Part shown: one piece after another, positions 24,856 to 39,260 of the stretch
Numbering within the stretch: position 1 is the stretch's first letter
Layout of the letters: each line of letters starts with the position of its first letter
Assembly (NCBI GenBank): GCA_951406725.2
Contig: OX597835.1
Coordinates: 8,060,001-8,124,000, forward strand
Direction: 5' to 3'
Origin: Octopus vulgaris
Lineage: Eukaryota
Length of the DNA stretch: 64,000 nt
The notes under the pieces: model-generated
What the model was told of the DNA's origin: nothing
Seen by the model: the letters and a program-made list of their open reading frames with translations, nothing else
Databases searched by the model: none
Made by a program: the position numbers and the translations under genes

Positions 24856-25417
24856 TTAACAAAGCCTTTCCCAGAAATCGACTGAAAAAAATGAAAAGAA
24901 GACCTCTCATCTTCCGTATTTAACTCATACGCACGCATGCGCATGTGCACACGCACTCACAAACACAAACACACACACATAAACACGCACACATACACAC
25001 GCACACACACACAAGCACAAACACACAGACACACACACAAACCAGACTTTACTTTGCCCTTCTGAATCCTTCTCAAATAACGAAGAAAAATATTAGGAAA
25101 GTCGGTAGTGACTAGTAGTCACGAGAAATCCCCCAAAACAGAGGGCAAAAGGCCAAAGCCGCACCAAAAAAACAGAACCGGAGACGATGTCACTTAAAAA
25201 TCAGTTTTACACTCTACTTTTTCTTTTTTCTTTCGTTTAACTCGTCTGAAATGGAGATATGACGTCAATTCTAACATTAATCTCTTTCTTGTCAACGATT
25301 TCGATATTCAGTCATTTGTGTTGTCTTCTTCTTTTCCTATTTGTAAGAAAATCCCACTAGCATTCGGCTTCAGCTTTTGGTAGCGGTTGTGAGCCTCTGT
25401 TTTTGATCCCCTAGAGG

Positions 25418-25843
25418 CGAGCAAAATACATTGTGACATTTAAATGCATCCTTTTGCGATCAGCATTCAAATCCTTCGGAGATCGATTGTATATTCCCAG
25501 TGGTGAAAAGAAGTACGAATAAAGTACGGATAAAATAAAGTACGGATGAAATAAAGTACGGATAAAATAAAGTACGGATGAAATAAAGTACGGATGAAAT
25601 AAAGTACGGATGAAATAAAGTACGGATGAAATAAAGTACGGATAAAATAAAGTACGGATGAAATAAAGTACGGATGAAATAAAGTACGGATGAAATAAAG
25701 TACGGATGAAATAAAGTACGGATGAAATAAAGTACGGATGAAATAAAGTACGGATGAAATAAAGTACGGATAAAATAAAGTATGGATGAAATAAAGTACA
25801 AGTCAACCACTAAGGTTGATTGAATTGACTTTACCTTTACTCT
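25418..25843 (+). mobile_element. unclassified short element carrying an internal 17-bp tandem array (~17 copies)
   Basis: Unit aaataaagtacggatga. Same element boundaries at 31515-31723. 3' stem-loop tcaacc-actaa-ggttga and tail tttacctttac. Confidence 0.8.
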
Positions 25844-26034
25844 TTTACGTTTATACAAAACCAAAATGTTTGAAGAAATTCCAATGTATTTTTGCAGCAA
25901 TCTTCTGCGTACAGTATTTGCCGGGATTTTCATATCACTGTGGCTGTTTCGATATCTGAGCAATAGTCTCACTTGAGCCATCGCACATTCTTCGTTGATT
26001 TGAGCAGACATGCTCATATCTGTCATCTTCCTGG

Positions 26035-26240
26035 TGATCGCAGAATCGTTAGTATGCCGTGCAAAATGCTCAGCGGCACTTGTCTGTCTTTACGTTCTGA
26101 GTTCAAATTCCGCCAAGGTTGACTTTACCTTTCATCTTTTCGGGTGTTGATAAATTAAGTACCAGTCATGTAACCGAGGCAGATGTAATCGATTTCTCCC
26201 TTTCCCAAATTCAGGCTTTGCGCCTGTAGAAAGGATTATT
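26035..26240 (+). mobile_element. SINE family A, tail type 1
   Basis: gcagaatcgttag..ttctgagttcaaattccgcc..cccaaattcaggctttgcgcctgtagaaaggattatt. Confidence 0.85.
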
Positions 26241-26710
26241 TTTTATTATTAGAAAGGATTATTATTATTAGAAAGGATTATTGTTATTATTTGAAAGGAT
26301 TATTATTATTAGAAAGGATTATTGTTATTATTATTAGAAAGGATTATTATTATTATTAGAAAGGATTATTATTATTAGAAAGGATTATTATTATTATTAG
26401 AAAGGATTATTATTATTAGAAAGGATTATTGTTATTATTAGAAAAGATTATTATTATTAGAAAGGATTATTGTTATTATTATTTGAAAGGATTATTATTA
26501 GAAAGGATTATTATTATTAGAAAGGATTATTATTATTATTAGAAAGGATTATTATTATTATTAGAAAGGATTATTATTATTAGAAAGGATTATTGTTATT
26601 ATTAGAAAGGATTATTATTATTAGAAAGGATTATTGTTATTATTATTAGAAAGGATTATTATTATTAGAAATTATTATTATTATTAGAAATGGTTATTGT
26701 TATTATTATT
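26228..26710. repeat. compound satellite [AGAAAGG(ATT)n] x ~25
   Basis: Direct reading; the unit equals the terminal bases of the adjacent SINE-A tail. Confidence 0.95.
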
Positions 26711-27250
26711 TGGCTTGACTCAGGTTCGGTCTTAATCCTGTTAGAATTGATGTCGGTAGCAGGTAGAAACGTTATCTTAGTAGAAACCTGTAACCTTAGG
26801 TATCCACAAGCTTTCAGTAGTCTTTCAAGTGCTTAGAACCTTCCTGATAATCCTTGCTGTCCATGAGAGACAAACTTTCTGTAGGAGCTCTACTGGGCAT
26901 TCTATTTCCATCTCCTTCAACCATTTGTTTATATCTTTGCTTACTTCTTTCCAGCGCACCAATTATTATAGGCACGACCTTTACAATTTCCACACTCTAA
27001 ATTCTTCATGTTTCAAAATGTTGATCTTTCAGTTCAGCTGCTGATAAATCCCTTTTCTGGTCCCGTTGGAACAATCTGTTGATTTTATATTGTTCAATTC
27101 TTTAGTCATACCTCTTGATTTTGTCGTCTTCGTTTTCAGTTCTTCAAGGATTTACCTCTGTCCCCGCATTTTGATCCTATACCTACGTTCGAGTTCCTGA
27201 TATTTCTCTCTCTTCCTGATTTCTCACTGTTTCTGAAAACACCTGATTTT
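26711..27250 (-). mobile_element. internally deleted R4/Dong-type LINE ending in TAA-rich repeats
   Basis: C-terminus KVVPIIIGAL..SKDINKWLKEMEIECPVELLQKVCLSWTARIIRKVLST*, joined to an N-terminal-type segment KYQELERRYRIK...KINRLFQRDQK. Confidence 0.75.
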
Positions 27251-27255
27251 TACCT

Positions 27256-27401
27256 TATTATTATTATTATTATTTTCATCCTCATCATCCTCATCATCAT
27301 CATCATCATCATCATCATCGTCGTCGTCGTCGACATCATCACCATCATCATCATCATTATCATCGTCGTCGTCATCATCACCATCATCATCGTCGTTGTC
27401 G

Positions 27402-27439
<38 letters not shown>

Positions 27440-27580
27440 GTCGTCGTTGTCATCATCACCATCATCATCATCATCATCATCGTCGTCGTCGTCATCATCA
27501 TCACCATCATCATCACCATCATCATCATCATCATTATCATCGTCGTCGTCATCATTATCATCGTCGTCGTCATCATCACC

Positions 27581-27612
<32 letters not shown>

Positions 27613-27693
27613 TATCATCGTCGTCGTCATCATTATCATCGTCGTCGTCATCATCACCATCATCATCATCATCGTCATAAGTCGTCGTCGTCG

Positions 27694-27738
<45 letters not shown>

Positions 27739-27752
27739 GTATTATTATTATT
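27256..27752. repeat. (CAT/CGT)n trinucleotide array
   Basis: Direct reading. Confidence 0.97.
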
Positions 27753-28092
27753 GTCACTCGAGAAACAATGATGATTTTAATGGAAAGATATTTAAACAGA
27801 GAAGTAATTGTTGATGATTAGAGAAGAAAGTGCAAAGAAGAAAAAAAAAGAAAAAAGAGAGGAAGGAAGGAAGGAAGTTGAAGTAAAAGTGGAGGACGAG
27901 TTGACCTTCACAATGGCTAAAGTCACATACGACAACATCGACAATCTCCTCGAGAAAACAATTAACCGATCAATAACACCAACAACAATGCTGCCAAGAC
28001 AACAAGTGTCCCTTTGACCTACAAGAAATAGTAGCCAAATCTCAAACAAACTACTGTGTTACTATAACAAATGGACGCATTTTTTTTTTTCC

Positions 28093-28479
28093 TTTTTACT
28101 TGTTTCAGTCATTTGACTGCGGCCATGCTGGAGCACCACCTTTTAGTCGAGTAAATCGACCCCCGGGGGACTTATTCTTTTTGTAAGCCCAGTAATTATT
28201 CTATCGGTCTATTTTGCCGAACCGCTAAGTGACGGGGACGTAAACACACCAGCATCGGTTGTCAAGCAATGCTAGGGGGACAAACACAGACACACAAACA
28301 CACACACATATATATATATATATATACATATATACGACAGGCTTCTTTCAGTTTCCGTCTACCAAATCCACTCACAAGGCATTAGCAGAAGACACTTGCC
28401 CAAGATGCCACACAGTGGGACTGAACCCGGAACCATGTGGTTGGTTAGCAAGCTACTTACCACACAGCCACTCCTGCGC
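28093..28479 (-). mobile_element. SINE family C with small internal deletion
   Basis: Matches 11069-11486 but lacks the ggtcggcccggggct segment. Confidence 0.92.
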
Positions 28480-28787
28480 TATTGAAGATTGTATTTTTGA
28501 AAATGAAATCCAAAAACGATGGGATGGTCGCGGCTAGAAGGTTTTTATTTGTTTTATTATAGATGTTCTTGTTTATCAGAGAGTTATTGTTAAACAGCGG
28601 GAGAACTGGAATTTCAATTATAAACACAACAGGTGATTTGACAAAAGGCAAGGATTAGGTAATGCCATTTTAACAACCGCATTGTATTCCGACAGTAAAC
28701 AATTGTTTCGAAAATACTAGAGAACGTACACGCAGGGCACAATGGTAGCCATTTACGATTAGAATTGAATACAGACACAAACATAAT

Positions 28788-28958
28788 GCGTGTGTGTGTG
28801 TGTGTGTGTGCATGAGTTTGTGTGTGAGCGTGTGTGTGTGTGTGTGTGTGCATGAGTTTGTGTGTGAGCGTGTATGTGTGTGTGTGTGCGTATAATTTTG
28901 TGCGAGGATATGTATATCTACATATATATATATATATGCATATCAGCTAGGGTGTCTC

Positions 28959-28994
<36 letters not shown>

Positions 28995-29053
28995 CATATA
29001 TATATGTATGTATATATATATATGTATATATATATATGTATATATATATATAC

Positions 29054-29119
<66 letters not shown>

Positions 29120-29159
29120 CATGCATATGCATACATACATATACACACACACACATATA

Positions 29160-29207
<48 letters not shown>

Positions 29208-29236
29208 CATATACACGCACATACATGAATATATAT
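28788..29236. repeat. (TG)n/(TA)n compound microsatellite
   Basis: Direct reading. Confidence 0.95.
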
Positions 29237-29719
29237 GAGTAAATATCTGTATGTTTATCTAAATATAATCTCCACAAGCACGACCGCACTTACAGCAACA
29301 TATTATACACGTATGTATATTAATTGAAAGGTTAGTGACATTTTCAATGCTGCTCTCAACGGAAGGACAAGGCGTGTTCAGAGGTCGAACATCACTACAC
29401 TAAACTTAAATTCAGTACACATGGTCCTATGTTTTCCTTAGTACATAGTTTGAAGTCCTGTATATGTGTGTGTTAGCGTGTATATTTCTATTCGCACGTA
29501 CCCTAACACACAGACACACACACACACACAAATGTATTTATGTCCTCGCCAAGCCTTTGCCTTTTTTAGTGTAAGAATCTCTCTCTGTATAGCGTTTAGT
29601 CATTCTACGCGGCACATTTTACATAGCACTGGGCAGACTAATATCTTGTGATTGGATTAGTGGAGGAAATTTGTGAAGTCCGTCTGCATGTTTATGCATA
29701 CGTGTGCACGCACACGCGT

Positions 29720-29895
<176 letters not shown>

Positions 29896-29999
29896 AAAAT
29901 ATTAATAATCCGAGGATGGAATATTTAAGTATTGTAATGGATCGCTACACGCAGTAATGCATTGATATATTTATAAATTCCTTCGTACGATTATTATTA

Positions 30000-30144
<145 letters not shown>

Positions 30145-30155
30145 CATTATTATAA

Positions 30156-30335
30156 AGGCGGCGAGCTAGCAGTATCGTTAGCACGACGTGCGACATTTTG
30201 TCTGCCACTACGTTCTGAGTTCAAATTCCGCCGAGGTCGACTTTGCCTTTCGTACCAGCGAGCGAAAGACTCACGTTGATGTAATCGACTAGTCTCCTCC
30301 CACAAATTTCAGACACTGTGCCTGTAGTAGAGAGG

Positions 30336-30340
<5 letters not shown>
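30156..30340 (+). mobile_element. SINE family A, internally deleted, tail type 1
   Basis: aggcggcgagct..ttctgagttcaaattccgccgaggtcgactttgcc..tgtgcctgtagtagagaggattatt. Confidence 0.85.
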
Positions 30341-30419
<79 letters not shown>

Positions 30420-30422
<3 letters not shown>

Positions 30423-30628
30423 TAGTTTTATTTTTATAGCGTGCTTTCACTTCACTACCGAGCGCAGCTCTGTGTGCCTTGGGTATGTGCTGTGATTTGT
30501 TGTGATGCTCTGATGGTTATTGTATGGAAAGTGTTCTGCGTAGGATGTGTGCAGTGCCTAGTAGTGCAATTTTCTGTATGTTATATGTGTTTGTAAGTCC
30601 TGGTGTTTTTGTTATGTATTTGTTATGT
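30420..30628 (-). mobile_element. R4/Dong-type LINE 3' end inserted in (TAA)n
   Basis: KYITKTPGLTNTYNIQKIALLGTAHILRRTLSIQ* plus a short 3' UTR, with (ATT)n on both sides. Confidence 0.8.
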
Positions 30629-30639
30629 ATTTATTATTA

Positions 30640-30712
<73 letters not shown>

Positions 30713-30713
30713 C

Positions 30714-30797
<84 letters not shown>

Positions 30798-30824
30798 GTT
30801 ATTATTATTATTATTATTGTATTA

Positions 30825-30921
30825 AGGCGGTGAGCTGGCAGAATCGTTAGCACGTCGGGCGAAATGCTTAGCGTTATTTCGTCGGTTGCTACGTTCTGAG
30901 TTGAAATTCCGCTGAGGTTGA
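30825..30921 (+). mobile_element. SINE family A head fragment
   Basis: aggcggtgagctggcagaatcgttagcacg..ttctgagttgaaattccgctgagg. Confidence 0.85.
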
Positions 30922-31514
30922 TAGATAGATAGTTTATAGTATTAGATCACGAATCCAATGTGTGCAGCCGTTTCAAACTAATCAAGTGAGGCCCAACAAT
31001 CAGACATTTACACATTCAGAAATCTATTGAATGTGTCAATATTTGCTCTTTTTTAGTTTTACACGAAGATTCAGAAAATAATCAAAGTGTGTAGGTCTTA
31101 TACAGAAACATGAAAGTGACGTTTACTGGCAAGTAAATCGAAACAACAACAACAATAAAAATGTATAGCTCAGTTCTTGTGGTACTTTGCTTGTTTCTGC
31201 ACAACGCAACACTGAAGAAGGGTCGTCAATATTGTAAAGAAAATGGAAGGGCTAGAGTTTGTTTTGTGGTTACTTATTTTAATGCTCTGACAGAATGAAC
31301 AAGCGTGAAACAACGAATGAGATGCGAGGTTATCCATCTTCAGGGCCTGATGCGTTTATCTGTGTAGAAAGTTACATTCACGATATTCTCGAAGGAGACG
31401 GACTCACGTTGTCCCGTACTTTAATGGAACTCGACATCTCATGACTGTGAATCGAACTTCTTAAACAACTGACGATGTTTAATGGGAACTCAAAACGTGC
31501 CAGTTCGCACATGA

Positions 31515-31723
31515 CGAGCAAAATACATTGTGACATTTAAATGCGTCCTTTTGCGATCAGCATTCAAATACTTCGGAGGTCGATTGTATAAGAAAAGAAG
31601 TACGAATAAAAATACGGATAAAATAAAGTATGGATGAAGTAAAGTATGGATGAAGTAAAGTATGGATGAAGTAAAGTACAAGTCAACCACTAAGGTTGAT
31701 CTAATTTACTTTACCTTTACTCT
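31515..31723 (+). mobile_element. second copy of the 25418-25843 element with only ~4-5 17-mers
   Basis: Same 5' end cgagcaaaatacattgtgacatttaaatgc and 3' end aagtcaaccactaaggttgat..tttacctttactct. Confidence 0.8.
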
Positions 31724-33040
31724 AAACTGGAAACATTTTGTCTTTATTTGTATCCAATTTGGGGATGGCTCATTTCCAAAATCTTTGTTCGGTTTCAATT
31801 AACTTGACACCGTCTGTTGGTCACGTTACCATGAGAAAGAGAGCTGTCCATGATTTACGATACGAGCTCAGCGATGGAATAACTCTATTCCCCACGTAAG
31901 CCAGACTGGGATTTGAACTCAAAATGCGAAGTACCAGAATAAAAACACAACAATGTGTTAGGAGCAACGCACCGATTCTCCCAGTCCACCACAAAAGATT
32001 AATACTTAATATTTTGATCCCAGTAGTTTAAAAGTCAAATTTGAGTTGATGGGATTAGAACTGGTGGGCACAGTGCTCTAATAAATACGAAATAAAATAG
32101 TTCCTTCCTCTGTTTGTTCCTTGTTTGCAGTTATTCAATTACCTTGTTATATAGAGATTTATGTTTATAATGTTGGGCATTCCCCTTCACATGTGCCCCT
32201 CAGCCGTTTTGTATTTCCGAGGATGTTTTATAATATCTCATAATATCAACCGATATTTTCAATGTCTGATTCGTAGATAAAATGTAATCAATCGTCTAAT
32301 TTGATACCTAAATCGACATCAGTCGATGAAGAAGACATCTGTTTTGCTGATGTTTCTCGTTAATAGACATTTATCATATTTTTATTAGCAAAAATGAAAC
32401 CGACCATGCAAGATTTTAGGTTAAAAGTTGGAAGCCACATATTTTGGTCTTGCTTTTGTAGTTAATTGCGTTAGAAAGACATTTTTAGTAAAGTCTGTGC
32501 AGTGTTTTGTGTGGTGAAATCAGAATTCTCTGGTTTGTTACTGTTGTATTGATGGAGTCGATCAAACAGTTGCCAATTCTGATTTGACATTTATATCTTT
32601 TTTCCCTCAACTTATTGACATTAACAATATCTAACATAACCCAGTTTTTTTCCCCTTCAAATGCTAGAATGTTATTTACAGACAATTTTATCCTCGATGC
32701 TAGAAAGTGCAGCGACTGCGTAAATATTTCTTAGTTACTAGTGTGGCTCTGTTTTAAATAATAGCTTTAATACAAACTTCCATTCATATCTTGGAATGTG
32801 CCAAAACTAATATTTTCCTTAACTCAAAGAACTTTCCTCCACAGACATTTGTCCTTCAAGGTAACTCAAAGCAATGCAATATTTCTTCTTATAAAATATA
32901 CAGGAACTGGATCGCTTTTTCTTTTACTAGAGCAAAAGTGAAGTTCTTTCTGAAATATGCCAGAGTTGTCGTAGTTGAATAATGAAGACGGAAGCGATGA
33001 TTGTTATGATGATTCTGATATTGAGAAATATGATAATGGT

Positions 33041-33517
<477 letters not shown>

Positions 33518-34120
33518 GAAGATATGCGTGCGTGTGTGTGTGAGTGGATGCGTGTGTGTGTGTATATATGTATATATAAATACATACATACACACACGAA
33601 TAAGCATAAACACACATGCATGTGAGCTCTCAGGTTAAAGAATCATTGTGAGGCCGGTTAGTATTCAAAACTCACTTATAACGTCCTTTTTGATTTAGGT
33701 TTAATATTTTGGATCATCCTCTGTGTGTTTGTGCTTGAGTGTGGTATGTAGGTGGTGGGGGGAGGGATACGGTTTATTTGTAATCAGTGTCGGTGCGGGG
33801 GTGGGAATGCTGATTCGATTATCTAAAACTATATTTGGTCATACCTTATGTACTTAGTTAAACTAATTAGCATGGACATTTCACTCCATGCTTAATTGTA
33901 TTGTGTGTGTGTGTGTGTGTATGCGTGTGTGTATGTGCGTGTGTGAATGTGCACGCTTGTATGTGTGTGTGTGTGGGCGTGTGTGCGTTTCCCTTTCCGT
34001 TCTGAATCCTGCTATATGCTTGTTAATGGAATGGAAGTACATCTTAATTGGATTTTTTTCTTTTATGAATCAAGTTTGAAATAATTTCGTAAGGTCTCCG
34101 TCAGTCAGTGATTGAAGTAA

Positions 34121-34264
34121 GTGTGTGTGTGTATGTATGTGTGTGCATGTGTGTGTGTATGTATGTATGTGTGTGTGCATGTATGTATGTATGTGTGTAT
34201 GTGTGTATATGTATGTATGTGTGTATGTATGTATGTGTGTATGTATGTGTGTGTATGTTTGTGT

Positions 34265-34302
<38 letters not shown>
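34121..34302. repeat. (TG)n/(TATG)n microsatellite
   Basis: Direct reading. Confidence 0.96.
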
Positions 34303-34303
<1 letters not shown>

Positions 34304-34673
34304 CATGACTGTTTATGCAAACATTCGCACTCTCCTCAGAATTTTAAGGGTGAAGTTGAATCTTTCCAAGTTGAGGTTCGTAGAGAATGGTGTTGTGCTC
34401 GTAGGTGAGTTTGTGTTTGAAGTTATGCGTTCATGCTTGTGTGTATAATTGTGTGTAGGTGTGTAACGCACTTTGTCTATTTAAATGTAATTATAGTTCA
34501 GAAAAAAAAGAAGACTGCTACTAAATCTGATCAAGAGATGTTCTCTAATTATGGAAGTCAATTATGTGTGCTTTATTGTCGAACCTTAAACTCGATATTG
34601 AACTTTAGTTTAAGAGTTAACTGAATCAAGTACAGCTTGGTTCAATTAACTGACACACACACACACATGCACT

Positions 34674-34762
<89 letters not shown>

Positions 34763-34768
<6 letters not shown>

Positions 34769-34946
34769 GACTGGCTTCTTTCAGTTTCCGTCTACCACTC
34801 ACATGACTTTGGTCGGCCACTCACAAGGCTTTGATGGGCCTGAGGCTATAGTAGAAGACACTTGCCCAAGGTGCCATGCAGTGGGACTGAACCCAGGACC
34901 ATGTGGTTGGTAAGCAAACTACTTACCACACAGCCACTCTTGCGCC
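34763..34946 (-). mobile_element. SINE family C 5' half, followed by an expanded (TA)(TG) tract
   Basis: tatacgactggcttctttcagtttccgtctacc..acttaccacacagccactcttgcgcc. Confidence 0.88.
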
Positions 34947-35160
34947 TATGTGTGTATATATGAAACATATCGACAAAGGTGTCTAAATATCTATGTTTGA
35001 TATGCTTTAGCCATATGAATGTAAAATATGAACGTGTAATACACACCCCACCCAACCACACACACACATGTAAATAGATATATTTATATCTATACATATA
35101 TATGTGCATGTATGTATGTATATATATGCGTGTGTGTATGTACATATATATATATATATA

Positions 35161-35222
35161 TATCTGCAGGGTGTGTGTATATATATTTACACACATGCAC
35201 TTATATACATATACATATATAC

Positions 35223-35302
<80 letters not shown>

Positions 35303-35347
35303 GTGTATATATGTATATAGTGCATGTGTGTAAATATATCTGCAGGG

Positions 35348-35380
<33 letters not shown>

Positions 35381-35444
35381 GTGTATATATGTATATGTAT
35401 ATAAGTGCATGTGTGTAAATATATATACACACACCCTGCAGATA
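35161..35444. repeat. 68-bp perfect inverted repeat inside a (TA)n field
   Basis: 35161-35228 is the reverse complement of 35377-35444. A chimeric partial third copy lies at ~35298-35350. Confidence 0.85.
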
Positions 35445-35456
35445 TATATATATATG

Positions 35457-35523
<67 letters not shown>

Positions 35524-36320
35524 TGGTGGAGAGAGGAACAAAGAAACAGAGAGAGGAATGATGGAATAATAATCGGTGCATGGCATAAAGTTCGTTGCCA
35601 TTGAAGTTAATCGCCAGATGAATAATGACCGTAAATATGGTCAATAAATAAGATTTCTTATCAATGTTGCTGCCTTGAAAGAATCTTTTGAGAGTGACCG
35701 ATAACAGATTCTTTTCCCCTGGATTTGGAAGAAAAAATTCTAAACGAAAACTATATTGAAAGAGCACACCTGTAATTATTTAATGTTTTCATCGAGAAAT
35801 TGTTCGATATTCTATTTCTTGTCTCTAGTCGTCAGGTACCGAACAAAGCCTTCTAAATACATTTCCATCACAACCAAATTCTCAGCGTTGGCTGCTTAGA
35901 ACAGCCGAGGCTACATTGTGATCTAACATAACGCATTTTTCTATTCTTATCTATCAAACGCGGACTATGCATTCTTTTGCGATTAAGTGCGACCGTTAGG
36001 GAGATTACATTCAGTATTTATATATACATACATACATATATATATATATATATTTTTAAGTTTTAATTTACCTCAGATGTAACATTACATCTATGTATTA
36101 CATTTTTAGTTTTACATTTAGCATTCACATAGCAGGAGTCGAGTTTAGAACAATTGCAGGAATGATTTGTTGAATTTCTAACAGATTTGGTATTAATTTG
36201 ATCATTAATGATAAAATCAAATTCATTTCTACTAAGTTCTTTATTTCTATTTACTCATCCATATAACATTATTTTCGTTTTATTTCTAGCTGAATTTTTA
36301 TTCGATTCTACGTCACTCAC

Positions 36321-36706
36321 CATATCCAATTGGGTTGTTTCACTTTGGGCAATTTTAAAATTCTTATCGTCTTCTTGCATTTAAGTTTCATTTTCTGTTT
36401 ATTCCGTTTGACACTATTATTCTGAATATTGATTTTGTTACGACTTTCACGCCATGTGTTGCCAATACCTGTGCTATGCTTCCACCCCAAGTACAAGACA
36501 CGCAGATCCCATGTGTATAAAAAAATCCACGATATCCATGATTTATAAAAAAAATACCCCTCCACTGCACCGAGCAATGTAGAAAAACTATAATTCACTC
36601 GTTTACCAGATGGAACAACTAACCACAAGGCACCTCCTGAGCTACAATTCTGATCACGATCCCGATGCTCACACCAACCCTTCGAAGGAGTAGATATTCT
36701 TCCATT
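36321..36706 (-). CDS. candidate exon: 128-codon open frame ending at a strong donor, product unknown
   Basis: Non-repetitive frame ..GWCEHRDRDQNCSSGGALWLVVPSGKRV..KLPKVKQPNWI, donor ATG|gtgagt (phase 2). No convincing in-frame acceptor found. Confidence 0.25.
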
Positions 36707-36786
36707 TCAATCTAAATATACATACATACATGCACACACAAATATATTTATAAACATACACACACTCATACATACACACAACACAC

Positions 36787-36825
<39 letters not shown>

Positions 36826-36829
<4 letters not shown>

Positions 36830-37002
36830 CTTTCCTCTGTCTTCCCTACTCTGGATCTTTCCTTCTCCTATGTTTCCGACGAAGAGCTCCGCTCTAAACG
36901 TTAAACCCTCCTTCTTTCCTTCTTTCCTGAGCGTCCAATAATACTATATTTGTTCCACGTCCTCGCGTTGTTGTTTTTTTTTGTGCTTTCTTGTTTGGAT
37001 TA

Positions 37003-37006
<4 letters not shown>
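36826..37006 (+). mobile_element. (TA)n-flanked Penelope-like terminus, family H1; hammerhead core at 36872-36906 has G12 mutated
   Basis: gttt-CCGACGA-a-gagc-tcc-gctc-TAAACGTT-aaac. Copies at 41681 and 62048. Confidence 0.7.
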
Positions 37007-37050
<44 letters not shown>

Positions 37051-37661
37051 AAAAGCACATCGATAGATATGTAGATAGATATAACAAATGAATTATAGTA
37101 GATGTACTGAACACAATTTTTCACATGGACGGGGAATAGAGTAAGTGTTTGTGTAAGTATATGCATGTGAGGTGAAGTGAGTTTGGGTGTGTGGATATGG
37201 AATCACTCATACGCGAATTGTACTTTCGCTGCTATGAATATCAATTAACTAAAGAATTTTCTAAATGAATTCTGTTTGGTTTAATTCAGTAAGAACATCT
37301 ATTATGTCGTGTTGTTTGTAATCATTTCATTCCCGTTTCTGTTCGTATTACATATAAACCAACTACAGACTATATTAACTCGAAATAAGCAATTTACAGC
37401 CTCTCTTGTTGCAATCTATATTCTAATCATTTCATCAAATAGTCACTGCTGAAATTACTATAATCTGCAGTCGTGGACCTATTAATATTATGTCCACCGT
37501 TGAAATTAATTATATTATGATGTGGTGAATTGGATGAATGGTTAATTCGTTGGATAGATTGCGTTGCGATAGTCAATCCTTTCCCTCCAGGATCAAATCC
37601 GCCGAGGTCATCTTTACGTTTCATTATTTCGGTGTCGATAAAAAAGTAGACCAGTCTTGTA

Positions 37662-37923
37662 AATAATAGAATAAATGCGCCCTTTTAAAGCCTAGCCAGG
37701 CTGATGGGCCCGGTTTCCTGGTTTCAATGGCATATGTGTTTCCCAGCTAGACGGGACGCCAGTCCAGGGCAGCGTTACTCATTTTTGCCAGCTGAGTGGA
37801 CTGGAGCGACGGGAAATGAAGTGTTTTGCTCAAGAACACAACGCGTCGTCCGATCCAGGAATCAAAACCACAATCTTACGATCATGCTGCTGAGACCCTA
37901 ACCCCTAAGCCACGCGCCTCCAC
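37662..37923 (-). mobile_element. CORE-like tRNA-derived SINE nested in a degenerate SINE-A
   Basis: Minus strand gtgttcttgagcaaaacact..ctccagtccactcagctggcaaaaatgagt. 14-bp TSD agaccagtcttgta at 37648-37661 and 37924-37937. Confidence 0.85.
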
Positions 37924-38320
37924 AGACCAGTCTTGTACTGAGGGAATATTATTCTTTCTGGTATTCTGTGCCTTTCTGTCAGTCTATATTCTGGAATAAT
38001 TTGGCTGTGATCATGTTTGCTGACGCTTATGCCTCTCGGGGTTACAAAATATGTCAAAGCATACAATATGTGACGATGGCATCCCTACAACACCTTCAAT
38101 ATTAGCAAAGTTCCTAATATTTAATTATCTCGCGAGGAAATTAAAATCTTACAGAAATTGTTCGCAATATTAAGTTCCTACCTCTTTGATTTTATTAACC
38201 AAGATAAAATTGATTGGTTATTCTGTGGTGTAAAACACGATTCACGTGAAAATGGCAACTAATTTCGTGCAATAGTGATAAAATATTTTTTGCTTCTTTA
38301 CTTCCTTTTAAGATTCTGAA

Positions 38321-38764
38321 TACTCTTTTACGCTTTTACTCTTTTACTCTTTTACTCTTTTACTCTTTTACTTGTTTCAGTCATTTGACTGCGGCCATGC
38401 TGGAGCACCGCCTTTAGTCGAGCAAATCGATCCCGGGACTTATTCTTTGTAAGCCCAGTACTTATTCTATCGGTCTCTTTTTGCCGAACCGCAAAGTGAC
38501 GGGGACGTAAACACACCAGCATCGGTTGTCAAGCAATGCTAGGGGGACAAACACAGACACACAAACATATACACACACACTTATATATATATACATATAT
38601 ACGACAGGCTTCTTTCAGTTTCCGTTTACCAAATCCACTCACAAGGCATTGGTCGGCCCGGGGCTATAGCAGAAGATACTTGCCCAAGATGCCACGCAGT
38701 GGGACTGAACCCGGAACCATGTGGTTGGTAAGCAAGCTACTTACCACACAGCCACTCCTGCGCC
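38321..38764 (-). mobile_element. SINE family C, full length, with long (AAAAGAGT)n tail
   Basis: Near-identical to 11069-11486. Confidence 0.94.
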
Positions 38765-38937
38765 TATGCCACTGCTGAAAGTGTCATTTTTTTCTCACAC
38801 GCTTAATACCATTATATATATACATATACATACACACACACGAGTAATCACATAAACGTAAGACAAGGTGGCAAAAAATAGTACTCGAAGATATGGTAAT
38901 ATTTTTTTTTATTAAACCTGCAAAAAACATCAGAAAA

Positions 38938-39260
38938 ACTGGTACTTATTTAATCAACCACGAAAGGATGAAAGGCAAAGTCGACCTCGGTGGAATTTGA
39001 ACTCAGAACGTGACGACAGACGAAATACCTATTTCTTTACTACCCACAAGGGGCTAAACACAGAGGGGACAAACAAAGACAGACATAGGTATTAAGTCGA
39101 TTACATCGACCCCAGTGCGTAACTGGTACTTAATTTATCGACACCGAAACGATGAAAGGCAAAGTCGACCTCGGCGGAATTTGAACTCACAACGTAACGC
39201 AGACGAAATACTGCTAAGCATTTCGCCCGGCATGCTAACGTTTCTGTCAGTTCGTTGCCT
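38938..39260 (-). mobile_element. SINE family A dimer (second unit truncated)
   Basis: Same junction gaaatacctatttc at ~39022. Confidence 0.9.

Noticed and set aside
25518-25800. CRISPR-like regular array
   Set aside because: Contiguous 17-mers without unique spacers, eukaryotic context, no cas genes.
27224-27757. Poly-Asp, poly-Ser and poly-Met ORFs
   Set aside because: These are translations of a (CAT/CGT)n array, open in several frames on both strands, with no splice or unique coding context.
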